Source: Callorhinchus milii | Taxonomy: Eukaryota | NCBI RefSeq assembly: GCF_018977255.1 | Contig: NW_024704742.1 | Coordinates: forward strand, 69,380,001 to 69,444,000 | Length of the DNA: 64,000 nucleotides | Direction of reading: 5' to 3' | In this document: positions 1 through 12,290 of the stretch, one piece after another | Numbering within the stretch: position 1 is the first letter of the stretch | How the letters are laid out: each line of letters starts with the position of its first letter | The notes under the pieces: model-generated | Told to the model about the DNA's origin: nothing | The model's input: the letters and a program-made list of their open reading frames with translations, nothing else | Databases searched by the model: none | Translations under genes and position numbers: made by a program

Positions 1-527
1 TCTCCCTTTTACTTCAAGTTTCCCCTGAAAACCTTCCTCTTCGACCATGCTTACGTGTATATTTTTTGTAGTGTGGTGAACACAGCTGCTCATAATATTC
101 CACATATGGGACTGATCAGAGCCTTTCAAATCTTCATTTGACTTCTGTTTTCTTAGTATTGTTGAATTGTTTCACATCACCATGTGAACATTAAAGCTGA
201 TAGCTGTTACCCCCAGATTCCCATTTTTCAGTTTCCCTGCTATTTCATATCTATCGTGTCCCATATTTAAAAAAAAATATTCATTTATACAGCGGATTTC
301 ATGTTGGGAGGACATCACCTTATGCTTCACGTACCCAAGCTGGGGGTAGGGGAGGAACTGAGGAAAGAGGGGCAAGGTCAAAAGAAAGGTCTTAAGGTGG
401 ACTTTAATGATCGGGAGAGCAGGTGCGAGGCCGAGGACTTTGAGATTGAGTACCAACAACAACTGCTTGGCATTTATTTAGTGCCCTTCACTCGGGGCAG
501 CTTACCAATAGCTCAGTGGAGTCCTCA

Positions 528-846
528 GTGGAGTCCTGTAGCTTAGTGGTTAGAGCACTCGCCTCGGAAGCATTAGATCTGGATTCGACTTCCGGCAGGG
601 TGAAACCTTGGGGAGATTTCCTTACTCCACATGCCTGATAATAATCCCTCAAGAAAAGAAAACAATAATAAAAAAAATTGGTCCACGACTGTTTGTGGGA
701 CACTGCTGTGCATAATTGGCTGCCCCATTTCGCCCACAAATATATAGTCAATTCACTTTACAGTATATTGTGTGAAGTACTTTGAGATGTCTAGAAGACG
801 TGAAAAGTGCTATATCAAATGCAAGGATTATTATATATATTATTAT
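528..846 (+). mobile_element. tRNA-derived SINE (short form) with L2-like tail
   Basis: A/B boxes, TGCTGTGCATAATTGGCTGCC core, ...AAATGCAAGGATTATT tail. Confidence 0.85.
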
Positions 847-1054
847 ATCCCTTAATACCCTGACCTATCAAATATCTATCCACCACAGTCTTAAAAATGT
901 GAATGGATCCAGCATCAACAGCCTTTTAAGGGAGAGAATTCCAGATTTCCACTACTCTTTGCATGAAGAAAATGCTTCCTGATTTCACTCCTAAATGGCC
1001 TAACTCTAATTTTAAGATGATACCCCACTGTTCTGGATTCTCCACCAGAAGTAA

Positions 1055-1366
1055 TCTATACTAATAAAGAAAAAATATTTGTCTGTGTGTCTGTCCGCCA
1101 ATAACGCAATAACAGATTGACTTAGAGACATGATTTATACCACACCGGAAAGGTCTTGCTTGGCGAAGTGTCAATGCCAGTTTTTTGGGGGTGGGGGTGG
1201 TATCTCCTATCATTGATGAGCTATGACCTAAACAAACTCATCACACATGTATGGCAGTTTTGCTTAAAATCTACACACAGTATTTATGACATGTTAAATG
1301 GTTTGTGAGTTAAATGATTAAATTGGATCCTTTGGTCGCAAGCATAGCTGTAACAGGTACAGCTAG
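1055..1366 (+). mobile_element. Probable non-autonomous Helitron
   Basis: Starts TCTATACTAATAAA after an A, ends TAGCTGTA-ACAGG-TACAGCTAG (8-bp stem + CTAG) before a T, no TSD, interrupts a CR1 fragment. Confidence 0.7.
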
Positions 1367-1560
1367 TAGATAATAACTAAAATCAGGAAATATCGATATC
1401 CACCTTATCAAATCCTTTCATAACCTTAACCACCTCTATTGCATCACCCCTCAATCATCAGTTGAGTCACTTAGTCACGTGTACATAAGAACATAAGAAT
1501 TAGGAGCAGGAGTAGGCCATTCGGCCCCTCGAGCCTGCCCCGCCATTCGATAAGAAAAGA

Positions 1561-1632
1561 GTTAATAATTCAACAAAGTCATAAAACCACGCCAAGCACT
1601 GTATCTTTTCAAGATATGGGAATCTCTATAAA
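1561..1632 (+). promoter_or_regulatory. FABP1 copy A proximal promoter: HNF1-like site and TATA box
   Basis: GTTAATAATTCAA at 1561 (HNF1 consensus GTTAATNATTAAC), CAAAGTCA next to it, TATAAA at 1627-1632; same motif order in copy B. Confidence 0.65.
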
Positions 1633-1696
1633 GGAAAAGTACAGTTTGGTTTGCTACCTCTCGTTGCTCCATTGCACGGACCAAACATTCATAGTA

Positions 1697-1763
1697 ATGG
1701 CATTCAATGGGAAATATGAACTGGAAAACCAGGACAACTTTGGACCATTTATGAAAGCTCTTG
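1697..1763 (+). CDS. FABP1: FABP1 copy A exon 1 (coding part)
   Basis: ATG at 1697, [22 protein letters not shown]+G, donor GTAAG at 1764. Confidence 0.93.
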
Positions 1764-4700
1764 GTAAGCTCATCCCTTTTTTATTCCTGATCAGCCAGGT
1801 ATCAGTAACATTTGTAGAAACATAGGTACTCAGGAACGGGAGTAGGCCATTTGGACCATCAAGCCCGTTGTAGTACTTTCCAAAATCATGGCCGATTTGC
1901 AACTCAATTTCACCTCCACGCCCTCTCTCTGTATCCTTTGATATCTGTCTATCAAGCATAATGACTATTTGCCTTTTAAATTCTTTAATTGACTCTGTCT
2001 CCACTGCAAGTGAATTCTACACTCCCACCACCCGCTGCATGAAAACCCATCAACAACAAATTCTATTTATACAGAGGCTTTCACATCAGGAGGACATCCC
2101 AAGGTGCTCAAGAGGGAAGGATCTGCACTCAAGCTGGGGATTGGAATCAAAAGGGGTGGAGGGCAAGGGGAGTGGAGATGGGAAGATGATCAAAGGAAGG
2201 GTTGAAGAGGAAGGTCTTCAGTCAAACCTTGAACAACAACAACAACATTCCATTTATAGAGTGCATTTCACGTCGGGAGGACGTCCCAAGGCGCTGTACA
2301 GTTGGGTCAGGACCCGAGCAGGGGGGAAATGGTCAGGGTGAGGGGAGGGAAGGCAGGGAGTGAGGAGGGGGTAGAGTCGAGAGGGGAGCTGAAGGCACGG
2401 TCAAAGAGAAAGGTCTTGAGACCAGCCTTGAAGGAGGAAAGGGAGGAGGCGGCGAAGGCACTGGGGGATAGAGTTCCAGAGCCTAGGGGCTGAGAGGCTG
2501 AAGGCCCGGCCACCAATGGTAGGGCAGTTGGGGCGGGGGATGTGGAGCAGACCGGAGCCAGAGGAACGGAGGGTATAAGCAGGTAGGTAGGGGGATAGTA
2601 GGTCGGAGAGGTAGGAGGGAGCGAGGACGTGAAGGTGTAGGTGAGGAGGAGGATCTTGAATTCGATCATCTGGCGGATGGGGAGCCAGTGGAGGTGAGCG
2701 AGGGTGGGAGTGATGTGGTCCCGAAGCCTGGTGCGGGACAGTACACGAGCTGCAGAGTTCTGAATGACCTGCAGCTTGTGGAGGGAGGGGCCGGGAAGGC
2801 CGGCGAGGAGAGAGTTCCCATAGTCCAGCCTTGAGGTGATAAAGGCGTGGACCAGAGTTTCAGCAGCGTGAGGGGTGAGGTAGTGCCGTAGTCTGGCGAC
2901 GTTCCGGAGGTGATGGAAGGCGGTGCCAGTTGTGGCGCGGATATGAGGGAGAAAGGACAGCTCAGGGTCGAACAGAACCCCGAGGTTCCTGACTGGCTTT
3001 GAGAGGTGGAGAGTGCAGCCTTGGATGCTGATGCTGTCAGCGCCTGAGGTGCGGAGGCGCTGACGTGAGCCAATCAGGAGGGCCTCAGTTTTGCGCACGT
3101 TGAGCTGAAGAAAGTTGTCTCTCGTCCAGGACTCGATGTCGGACAGGCAGGCTGTCAGGACATCGGGGGTCGTGGAGTTGAGGGTAGAGGAGGAAAGGTA
3201 GAGTTGGGTGTCATCCGCATACATGTGGAAGTTAACCCCATGTCTGCGGATGATGTCACCACAGGGGGAGCATATAGAGGGTGAAGAGGAGGGGACCGAG
3301 GACAGAGCCCTGAGGGTCACCGCACGAGACAGTGCGGGGGCCGGAGGAAAAAACATTCGTGGAAACAAAGTGAAGACGGTGGGAGAGGTATGACCTAAAC
3401 CACTCAAGGACAGGGCCTTGAAGGTTGAGGTGGGAGGACAAGCGGTGGAGGAGGATAGCGTGGTCGACCGTATCGAATGCTGCCGATAGGTCGAGGAGGA
3501 CGAGGAGGCAGAGGGAGCCCTGGTCACAGATGGTCAGCATGTCAATGGTGACCTTGACCAGGGCAGTTTCTGTGCTATGGGCAGCACAGAAACCCAACTG
3601 AAGGGGTTTGAATAATGAATGGGTGGAGAGGAAAGAGCACAGCTGGGAGGCGACAACTCGTTCCAGGACCTTGGACAGGAAGGGGAGGTTGGAGATGGGC
3701 CGGTAGCTTGATAGCTGCGACGCATCAAGGGAGGGTTTTTTCAAGGTGGGAGTGATGGTGGCAGTTTTTAAGGGAATGGAAACAGAGCCAGAGGAGAGGG
3801 ACAGGTTGATGATGTCTGTGATATGTGGGGCAAGGAGGTGGAGCTGGGAAATAAGGAGTGGAGTGGGGGTGGGGTCAAGGGAGCAGGTGGTGGGTTTCAG
3901 GGATAGGATGAGTTTGGTGACAGAGGGTGGGGAAACGGGTACGAAGGTGTGTAGGGGAGGATGGGTAATAATAATAATAATAATAATCCTTGCATTTGAT
4001 ATAGCGCGTTTCACGTCGGGAGGACGTCCCAAAGCGCTTCACAGAACACACTGTAAAGTGAATTGACTCTATATTTGTGGGCGAACGCGACAGCCAATTG
4101 CGCACAGCAATGTCCCACAAACAGTCGTAGATTAAAATGACCAATTTAATTATTGTTTTTTGTTTTCTTGGAGGGATTATTATTAGGCGTGTGGAGTAAG
4201 GAAACTTCCCCAAGGTTTCGCCCTGCCTGGAATTGAACTCAGGTCTGTCACTTGCAAAGCGAGTGCTCTAACCACTGAGGAGTCGGAGTGTGGGAGGGAG
4301 GGGGTGGGGGGGTGGGTGGATTTTGGAGGGGAAGTGACCGCGGAGCGAATTCCCTTGATTTTGGATTCAAGGAAATCCAGCATCTCCTCGCAGTGAAAGT
4401 TGGAGGAGATGACCTGCGCGGGGTGGCGGGGGGGGGACGGAGGAGTCGGGATATGGTAGAAAACAGAAGCCTGGGGTTGTTCTTCGCCTCCAGGATTATC
4501 CTGGAGTAGAAGGACGACTTGGCCAAGGCTAGAGTGGAGCGGTAGATTTTGAGGAGGTCCAGCCAGATTTGTCGGTGGACCGTTAGGCCAGATTTGACGC
4601 AGGTGCGTTCAGCGGCCCGCACCTGGCTCTTCAGTGAGCGGAGGTGGGTGGTGAACCAGGGGGAGGAGCGAGAGTAGGAGACAGTACAGGAGGTGATGGG

Positions 4701-7700
4701 GGCAAGAGTATCGAGTGTGGAGGAGAGGGTGTTGTGGAGGAGGGTGAGAGGAGAAGAGGGGTCAGTGAGGGTTGAAGGCCAGAGGGAGAGGAGTTCAGAG
4801 GACTCCAAGGCAGCGGTTAGGGATTGTGGGGGTAACTTCTTCCAGGGGCGGTAGAAGATGGTGGTGGGTCTGGTGGAGGTGGGGAGGGGGGTGGAGGTGG
4901 TGAAGGAGATGAAGTGGTGGTCGGAGATGGCCTTGTCGGTGATAGTGACATCCGAGACACTGAGGCCCCGGGTGATCACCAAGTCGAGTGGGTGGCCGTG
5001 ACTGTGAGTGGGGGAGTTGATGTGGAGGGAGAGGTTGAGCGAGGAGAGCAGGGAGGAGAAATCTGAGGAGATGGAGCAGGAGGGGTGAAGTGCAGGTTGA
5101 AGTCGCCCAGGATGATGAGGCGATCAGAGCAGAGGCAGAGAGATGTAAGAAGTGTCGAAATATCGGAGATGAAGGTGGGAGAGGTTTTAGGGGGCCGGTA
5201 GAGGAAGAGGATTTTGAGTGAGAGGAAGGAGGGGTGGGAGAGGGTGAGGTGCTCGAAAGAGGGGAAAGAGCCAGAGGAGTAGGGGAATAGGGCGAGTGGT
5301 GTCCTTGAGATAAGGGCTACACCACCGCCACGGCGGTTGGGGCAAGGGATGTGGTGGGAGGTGTAGCCGGGTGGTGTGGCCTCCGTGAGGGGGAAGGTGT
5401 CACCTGGGGTGAGCCAGGTTTCCATTAAGGCCATGATGTAAACGCTCTCATCAAGGATCCAATGGAGTCGGGCGAGAGTGGGGAAGATGGGGTCACGGAG
5501 TTTAGTTCGGGAGAGGACACGGGCTGCAGAGTTCTGGATTATCTGCAGCCTGTGGAGGGAAGGGTTGGGAATATTGATAAGCAAGGCATTTGCATAGTCA
5601 AGCCTGGAGGTGATGAAGGCATGAACAAGAGTTTCAGCGGCCTGAGGGATGAGCTGGTGGCGGAGTCGGGCAATGTTCCAGAGAGTATTAGGCCAGGTGA
5701 AGCCAAGGCTTGGGGTCTCCTGTAGTTGGAGCACTTCTGGAGTCTAACCAGCTAAACCGGAAAGCATTGAAAGTTGTGGGTTCAAGTTCCTCATAGGGAC
5801 TTGAGCTCTTATGGCAGGGCTGAAGCTATAGTGCAGTACTGGGGGTGTAAATAAAAAGAATCTTTGCATTTGATAAAATGCCTTAAATGTCACGTCGTCA
5901 AGATCTCGCAAAACTATTCACGGGATGTACTGTAAAGTGGTGCGACTGTATATTGTTTAGGCAAGGCCCGTAGCCAATTTTGCACACAGCACACAGCAAT
6001 ATCCCGCAAACAGCAATGAATGATCAATTTCATTTCGGGATTGTTGGCCAGGGCACTGGGAACAACTCCCTTCCCTTTTCATAAATCAAGAAATATTCAA
6101 TCAATAAAACGTATTTTGTTGGGCGACTATAACGGTTGGCTAACATTGGCCTAGATTGTGAGCTCAAAATCCCAATGTGGGGCTTGAACACACAGCCTTC
6201 TGACTCAGGGGCGACCATGCTACCAATGAGCCAGGCTGACACCTTCCAACAACAACAAGATTACATTTGTATAGCCCCTTTCCACCCTCTTGGTCTGATT
6301 TTCAGGACTCTCGGACGAGATGATCGAGAAAGGCAATGACCTCAAGAGCGTCTCTGAGATCGTCCAGAACGGGAACCACTTCAAGATCACGGTCACTACA
6401 GGCACCAAAGTGCTGACCAACGAGTTCATCGTTGGCCAGGAGACCGACGTTCAAACTCCCACCGGTGCAAAGATGAAGGTAGTGAACATCTCTCCGGCTC
6501 TCTTGGGTTTCGGTGACTCGATTCTTGCCAAGCAGACATAATTTCAATTGCTGGAAATTAGCTTTCTGAGTTTATTGCTGGCTTTACACACTTTTTTTAT
6601 TTTCTTCCGATGAGACATTAAGCGCTCAGCCTCCGAGACGCTACCTCATGTGAAAGGCACTCTATGAATGCAAGCTGTTGCTGCTGCTGTTAAACTGGCT
6701 ATTCAGGCAGATGTTAAAAATCCTGAGGCACTCTTCGAAAAGAGAAGGGAGTTTCTCCCGGTGTCCTCGATAATTTCTCACAAATAAAAACTATTCTCAC
6801 AAACAATAATCATTCACTTTGACTGTTTGTAGGGGCTGCCGCATTCGTCTACAAAATACACAGTCAATGCCCTTTACAGTAAATCGTACGGAATTTTCTC
6901 TCAAAGTTGGAAAAATAAATATCACAATTCTCAGTCACTAAAGCCTGGGTGTAAGCGACGGCCTCCCCTGCCCTCCGCCCCTCCTCTCCAGCACAACAGT
7001 TTGAACAGATCAATTTCAAGATTGTCACCTTCATGACCTAGCACCAGCCTTACCTCTCCAGGCTGCTCACAGCCCATTCCTCTACCTGCTCCCTTTGCTC
7101 AGCCGGCTGCGTCCGACTATACATCCCTTGTTCCTTCTGCTCCACCATCAGCAGCTTTTAGTCACTACGCTTCCGAAACACTGGATCTCTTCTCCTCAAT
7201 CCTTTCCAGCTCCCTCCTTGCCCATCTTCAGATTGCACCTGAAGACTTTCCTGTTAGACCAGTCTACGGTCACTTCTCCTCTTTCCCTGGCTCTGCATCA
7301 GACTCCACCACTGTTAATCGCTCCAAGGTGCGCTCTGCTTGAAGAACGCTGTATAAGAACAAGTTAATTTTAAGATTTAATTGGTCGTCATTGTTTTTAC
7401 AACTGGATATGGAGTTCCAGCGCCATTTCACCAAATACCCGGAATGAGGCCTGCCGTCCTTCCTAATTATCTTGTGTCTTGTCAGCGCCTTGGGACATCC
7501 TCCCAATGTGAAAGGCACGATACAAATGTAATTTGTTTTTGTTGTTATCTAGGCTATAATCAACCTTGAAGGGACCAATAAACTTGTGTTGAAGGCGGAA
7601 AATGTAACCTCCATCACAGAGCTGACTGGAGATAGGCTGGTGAATGTAAGTCTCTGTTGATTCTATTTCTGGTTTCAAATACTTCAACCTTTGAATGGAT

Positions 7701-10620
7701 GGAATGCCTCCACCTCCTTACCCCATCCTGTGTTCTTAATTACACCACCTCTCCCCCTCCCCCCCGGCTTCTCTGCCCCACCATCAGCAGACGACCAGTT
7801 CACAAAGGCGTGGTCTTGGCAATCTAATTTACTGGTTTTCTTTGACGGTGTGACAAGGGAGCTTGATAAGGGTAAGGTAAGGCTGTGGATGTTAAAAATC
7901 TGGATTTCAGTAAGGCCTTTTGTGCAGTTCGCCTTGAGAGGCTGTACTGAAAGTAAAGAAAGCGGGAATCAGTGGAGGTATATTACATTGGCTATGCAAC
8001 TGGTTGACTGCAACAACCCAGAGGATGGTGGTTCAGGGAATGTCATCAGACTGGGAAAATGTTACCAATGGAGTTCCACAAGCGTCTGTTTTGGGATCTC
8101 TTTTGTTTAATATTTTCATAAATCATCTGGAACTAGGAGTCGCAAGCACAGTGGTTAAGTTTGCAGATGACACCAAACTAATGAAGGTGGTAAATTGCAG
8201 AGCTGAACAAGATAGGTTACAGGAGAATTTGAACATACTTGGGAATTGGGAAGATTGGTTGGAGATGAAATTCAATGTGGAGAAATGTAAAGTATCGTGG
8301 AAGGGATTATTATTTGAACGGAAGGAAAATAATATGTATGGAAAATGAAAAGGTCCTGGGGGTCCTGATTGACAATAAATTGAAGTGCCACTGTATAAAT
8401 CCTGCCACTGTATAAATAATTGGTGAGACCATACTTAGAGTACTGTGTACAGTTCTGGTCGCCGCAGTACAAAAAAGATATTGGAGAAATCAAGAAGATA
8501 CAGAGGAGGGAAAACAAAATGATTGAGGGAATAGAAGGACTGGACTATGAGGAGTGACTAAGTAAATTGGGCATATACACACTGGTAAGAGAAGATTGAG
8601 AGGGGATATGATTGCTGTCTTTGAGATTCTAAAGGGCAAGACTATACAGATCATGACAGGCTGTTTCAACTTGTCCAGAGTAGTAAAACCAGAGGCCCCA
8701 GCCTGCGATTGAAGGGGGAAAATTCAGAACAAATCTACGCAAACACTATTTAAGTAGGAGTTCGCTCACTGAAAATAGTAAACCTGTAGGAACAGGCTCC
8801 CTAGGGAGACGGTTGAACAACAACAACAACAAGATTATATTTGTACAGCGCCTTTCACGTTGGGAGGACGTCCCAAGGTGCTGGACAGAGTACAGCATTT
8901 CAAACCTGAGCAGGGGTTGGGGGGTAAGGGAAGGGAGGGGAAGAGGAGGGTCTTGAGGGCGGGACTTGAAGGAGGCTAAGGAGGGATCGAGGCGGAGTAA
9001 CTGGGGGATAGAATTCCAGAGGTTGAAGCAGGAAGTGTTGATTCTTTCAAACACAGATTAGATAGTTTTCTCTTAAGAAATAATATTATAGGATATAGTA
9101 CATAGGTAGTTCAGGAAATGTGACCGCCAGGAAGGTGGAAGGTGAACTAGATGGACCTTGGTCTTTTCTCATCCAGTTTTCTTATCTTCTTAATAACACA
9201 TCAACAGAGGGTAAGGTAAAACTATTCCTTTTATTGTTGTGTTGTTGCAATAGTAACTTTTACTCATGGCCTGGGCCAATAGAAAAGTGTGGAAATATTT
9301 GCCGAAAATTGCCAAACAAATTTTGCGGAAAATGGCAGGGAGTTGATTTGTGCTCTTGAAGTACATTTTAATGCCAACCTACGTTTTTTCACTTTATTGA
9401 TAAAAGAAAACATGAGGAAATAACACATATTAGATTGTTGCAAAAAAAATGTTAGTTGCTTCTTTAACAAAAACTGGGTTTTCATTTTTTTAGGTGGGCA
9501 GGAGGGGGGGACACCAGCGAGGCTACAGGAGCTCTCAGGGTTCAGCACCGCACACATACCCAGAGAGGCAGAAACACACACACACACAGAGACACAGAGA
9601 GAGAGAGACACACACACAGAAAGACACACAGACACACACGCAAACACAGAGAAAGACACACACACACATACACACAGACACACAAACACACACAGAAAAA
9701 GATACACACACAGAGACACACACACGCACACACACAGAAAAAGACACACACACACAGACACACACACACAGATACATAAAAACACACACACAAAAACACA
9801 CACACACAGAGACACACACACACACACACACACAGAGAATGACACACACACAGACACACACAGACACACACATAGAGACACACACACAGAGAACGACACA
9901 CACACACACACAGAGAATGACACACACAGACACACACACACACACAGACACACAAGCACACACACACGCCCATTTGCTGCTTGCGCCACACCGCGCCTTG
10001 TGCGTCCGAAGCTGCCCCCACCCACAGTGAGGGGCAGAGGCCCGCGCCAAAAACTATATTTATGGCAGGTTTGTAGCGGAGGAAGGTGTTTATAGAGGGT
10101 TCCATAAGACAATAATAATAATCCTTGCATTTAATACAGCGCCCTATCAAATCATTGATTCATCTCAAACCGCTTCACAGAATAGACTGTAAAGTGAATT
10201 AACTGTATATTTTGTGGGGGAAATTTGGCAGCCCAATTGCACACAGTAGTGTCCCGTAACTTGTCGTAGATTGAATCACCAATTTATTATTTTTTAATTT
10301 GAAACGATTGTTAACCCAGAAAACAACCTTTCAATCGACCAACAACCGAGTTCCAACTTACTGCTAGATGCGTGTGGAGTAAGGACACTTCCCTAAGTTT
10401 CGCCCTGCCCAGGAATGAACCCAGTTCCTCTCACTTGCAAGGCGAGTTCTTTTACCAATACGCTATAGGACTGCACAACAACAACAACAACTTGCATTTC
10501 TATAGCAATTTTCAGGCAGGAGAGCGTCCCAGAGCACTGCAAGTAAACATTAACTTTTTGTTTCAGACAATGACAATCGGAAACATTGTGTACACGCGGC
10601 AGAGCAAGAAGATCTGCTGA
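1697..10620 (+). CDS. FABP1: Liver-type fatty acid-binding protein, copy A; join(1697..1763,6306..6478,7553..7645,10567..10620), 128 aa
   Basis: Spliced product [128 protein letters not shown] aligns without gaps to mammalian FABP1. Coding exons 67/173/93/54 nt, all GT-AG. S39, R122 and S124 equivalents kept. Gene lies next to SMYD1. Confidence 0.93.
2232..5460 (-). mobile_element. L2-clade LINE, long ORF2 remnant (APE endonuclease + RT), interrupted by a SINE
   Basis: - strand frames give ETWL, GGGVAL, YRPP, GDFN, DHHFI (APE); [35 protein letters not shown] (RT); (GTT)n tail at 2232-2247; frameshifted. Confidence 0.92.
3966..4279 (-). mobile_element. tRNA-derived SINE inserted in L2
   Basis: (ATT)n tail at 3966, head at 4279; splits the L2 ORF2. 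Confidence 0.88.
6306..6478 (+). CDS. FABP1: FABP1 copy A exon 2
   Basis: TTTTCAG acceptor, 173 nt ([10 protein letters not shown]...TGAKMK), GT donor at 6479. Confidence 0.93.
7553..7645 (+). CDS. FABP1: FABP1 copy A exon 3
   Basis: CTAG acceptor, [12 protein letters not shown]...GDRLVN, GTAAG donor. Confidence 0.92.
7790..9190 (+). mobile_element. CR1-clade LINE 3' fragment with nested L2 tail
   Basis: GVPQASVLG...KFADDTKL...[19 protein letters not shown] motif; L2 tail at 8816-9030. Confidence 0.85.
9573..9968. repeat. Imperfect (CA)n/(GA)n microsatellite
   Basis: CACACACAGA-type units. Confidence 0.95.
10107..10452 (-). mobile_element. tRNA-derived SINE (long form)
   Basis: Head at about 10452, extra CTAGCAGTAAGT segment, (ATT)n tail. 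Confidence 0.8.
10567..10620 (+). CDS. FABP1: FABP1 copy A exon 4 (coding part)
   Basis: TTTCAG acceptor, [17 protein letters not shown]. Confidence 0.92.
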   Translation, partial: TMTIGNIVYTRQSKKIC

Positions 10621-11000
10621 ACTCTGACTGGTGGATTTTTTGCGTCTTATTTTACTGCATTATGTATAATAACAATCCTTGCATTTGATATAGTGCTTTT
10701 CACGTCTCCTCGACATCTCAAAGCGCTTCATAGAATAAATAGACTGTAAAGTGAATTGACTGTATATTTGTGGGCGAAATGTGGAGGATGTGGAGGAAAG
10801 TGGAAATATGATATGTAATATTATCATATTGCTCAAAGCAGTCCATAGAGTCAATCGTTATCAATGACCTTAGGATTGGTAGAGGGTGGGAGTGGGTTGT
10901 TTGGCTTCCACAATCACCTTTGACCACATATCTGGTTGATATGATAATTATCACCAGTGCTTATATCACATCTCTCATTCTCCCACACCTCCATCTATGT

Positions 11001-11006
11001 AATAAA
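11001..11006 (+). terminator. Candidate polyadenylation signal, FABP1 copy A
   Basis: TGTAATAAA context like copy C; an alternative AATAAA lies at 10734-10739 inside a SINE fragment. Confidence 0.4.
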
Positions 11007-12290
11007 CCAGAGACTAATGTACAATGTGTGACCAGTGTTGTTTTTCCTAAGCTTTGCACTGATGAATCTGATGAGCCTTGTGAAGCTCTCCAAATTGCTT
11101 GTCTTGTCTATGCTAGTCCCAACAACTCAACTCAAATCGTATAGATGAATAATATAAGACGGTAATAATTCCTGTATTTGGTATGATGCCTTTTATGTTA
11201 CTTCAGAGAATTTATTGTAAAGTGGAGTGAGTGTATGTTTGGAGGTGAGAGAGCACAGCAATGTCTCACAGCCGGCCATGAAGTGAATGACCAATTTTAC
11301 CTGGGGAATTGTTGGCCAGAGCACTCGAATAAACTCTCTTCACTTTTTGAAGAGTGCTATGGGCTTGTTAATGTCCTTCTGAACGATTTACTGTCTCAAC
11401 TATAGACGGCACCTCCAACAATGCCGCTCCTGCATCCCCAGCACAGCACATTGGTGCATCAGTCTAGACAGTGAGTTCAAAGTCCCGATGTGGGGGCTTG
11501 AACCCCACAACCTTCTGACTCAAGAGCAAGAATGCTACACTTGCCAGGCTGACACCTGTTATTATAAAAATAACCCTTGTATTTGATACAGAACACACCA
11601 CATCAAAATTTCTCAAAGTGCTGCAGGTGGATTTGGTCATCACTGAACTGTCACCCTACAACACCATCTGGGCTCTCTGCCCCCACCCATCTCGCAGAGT
11701 CCCATTGAATGACCAATTTTAGCTGTTGGCCAGAACAACAGGAAATACTCTCTTCTCTGTCGACTAGTGCCACAACCTGTAGACATGAGCTTGGTTTAAC
11801 ATCACATCCAAAGGAAAGCACTGACAACCACTATGCATGCACGCCAACTCCCTGCTTGTTGGCCTTCCCAACACTTCCCTCCACAAGCTGAAGATCATTC
11901 AGAACTCGGCAGCTCGTGTCCTCTCCTGCGCCAGGCTCCTTGTCCCCATCACCCCCACCCTCGCCCGGCTCCACTGGCTTCTCAACTCCCAGAGGATAGA
12001 GTTTAAAATCCTTGTGCTCGCCTTCAAGGCCCTCCAAGGCCTTGCTCCTCCCTACCTCTGTGATCTGCTGACCCCATATCAATCTGTCCACCCTTCCACT
12101 CAGCAGGCTACAGCCTGCTCCACGTCCCGCGCCCGGCGCGCCCCGCCATCGTCGGTCGGGCCTTCAACCTCTCGGCCCCCACCCATCTCCCAGAGTCCCA
12201 TTGCCTCACTCCCTCCCTTGCCTCCTTCAAGGCCCATCTCAAGACCCTCTTTGAACGTACCTTCGGTCACCCTCCTACCCTACCTTCCCT

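Noticed and set aside
2307..5734. RT/endonuclease ORFs as a host gene or a retron-like system
   Set aside because: Frameshifted L2 LINE ORF2 with a (GTT)n tail and many sibling fragments.
9264..10150. Long ORFs of 171-288 aa (CV/HT-rich)
   Set aside because: Translations of a (CA)n/(GA)n microsatellite.
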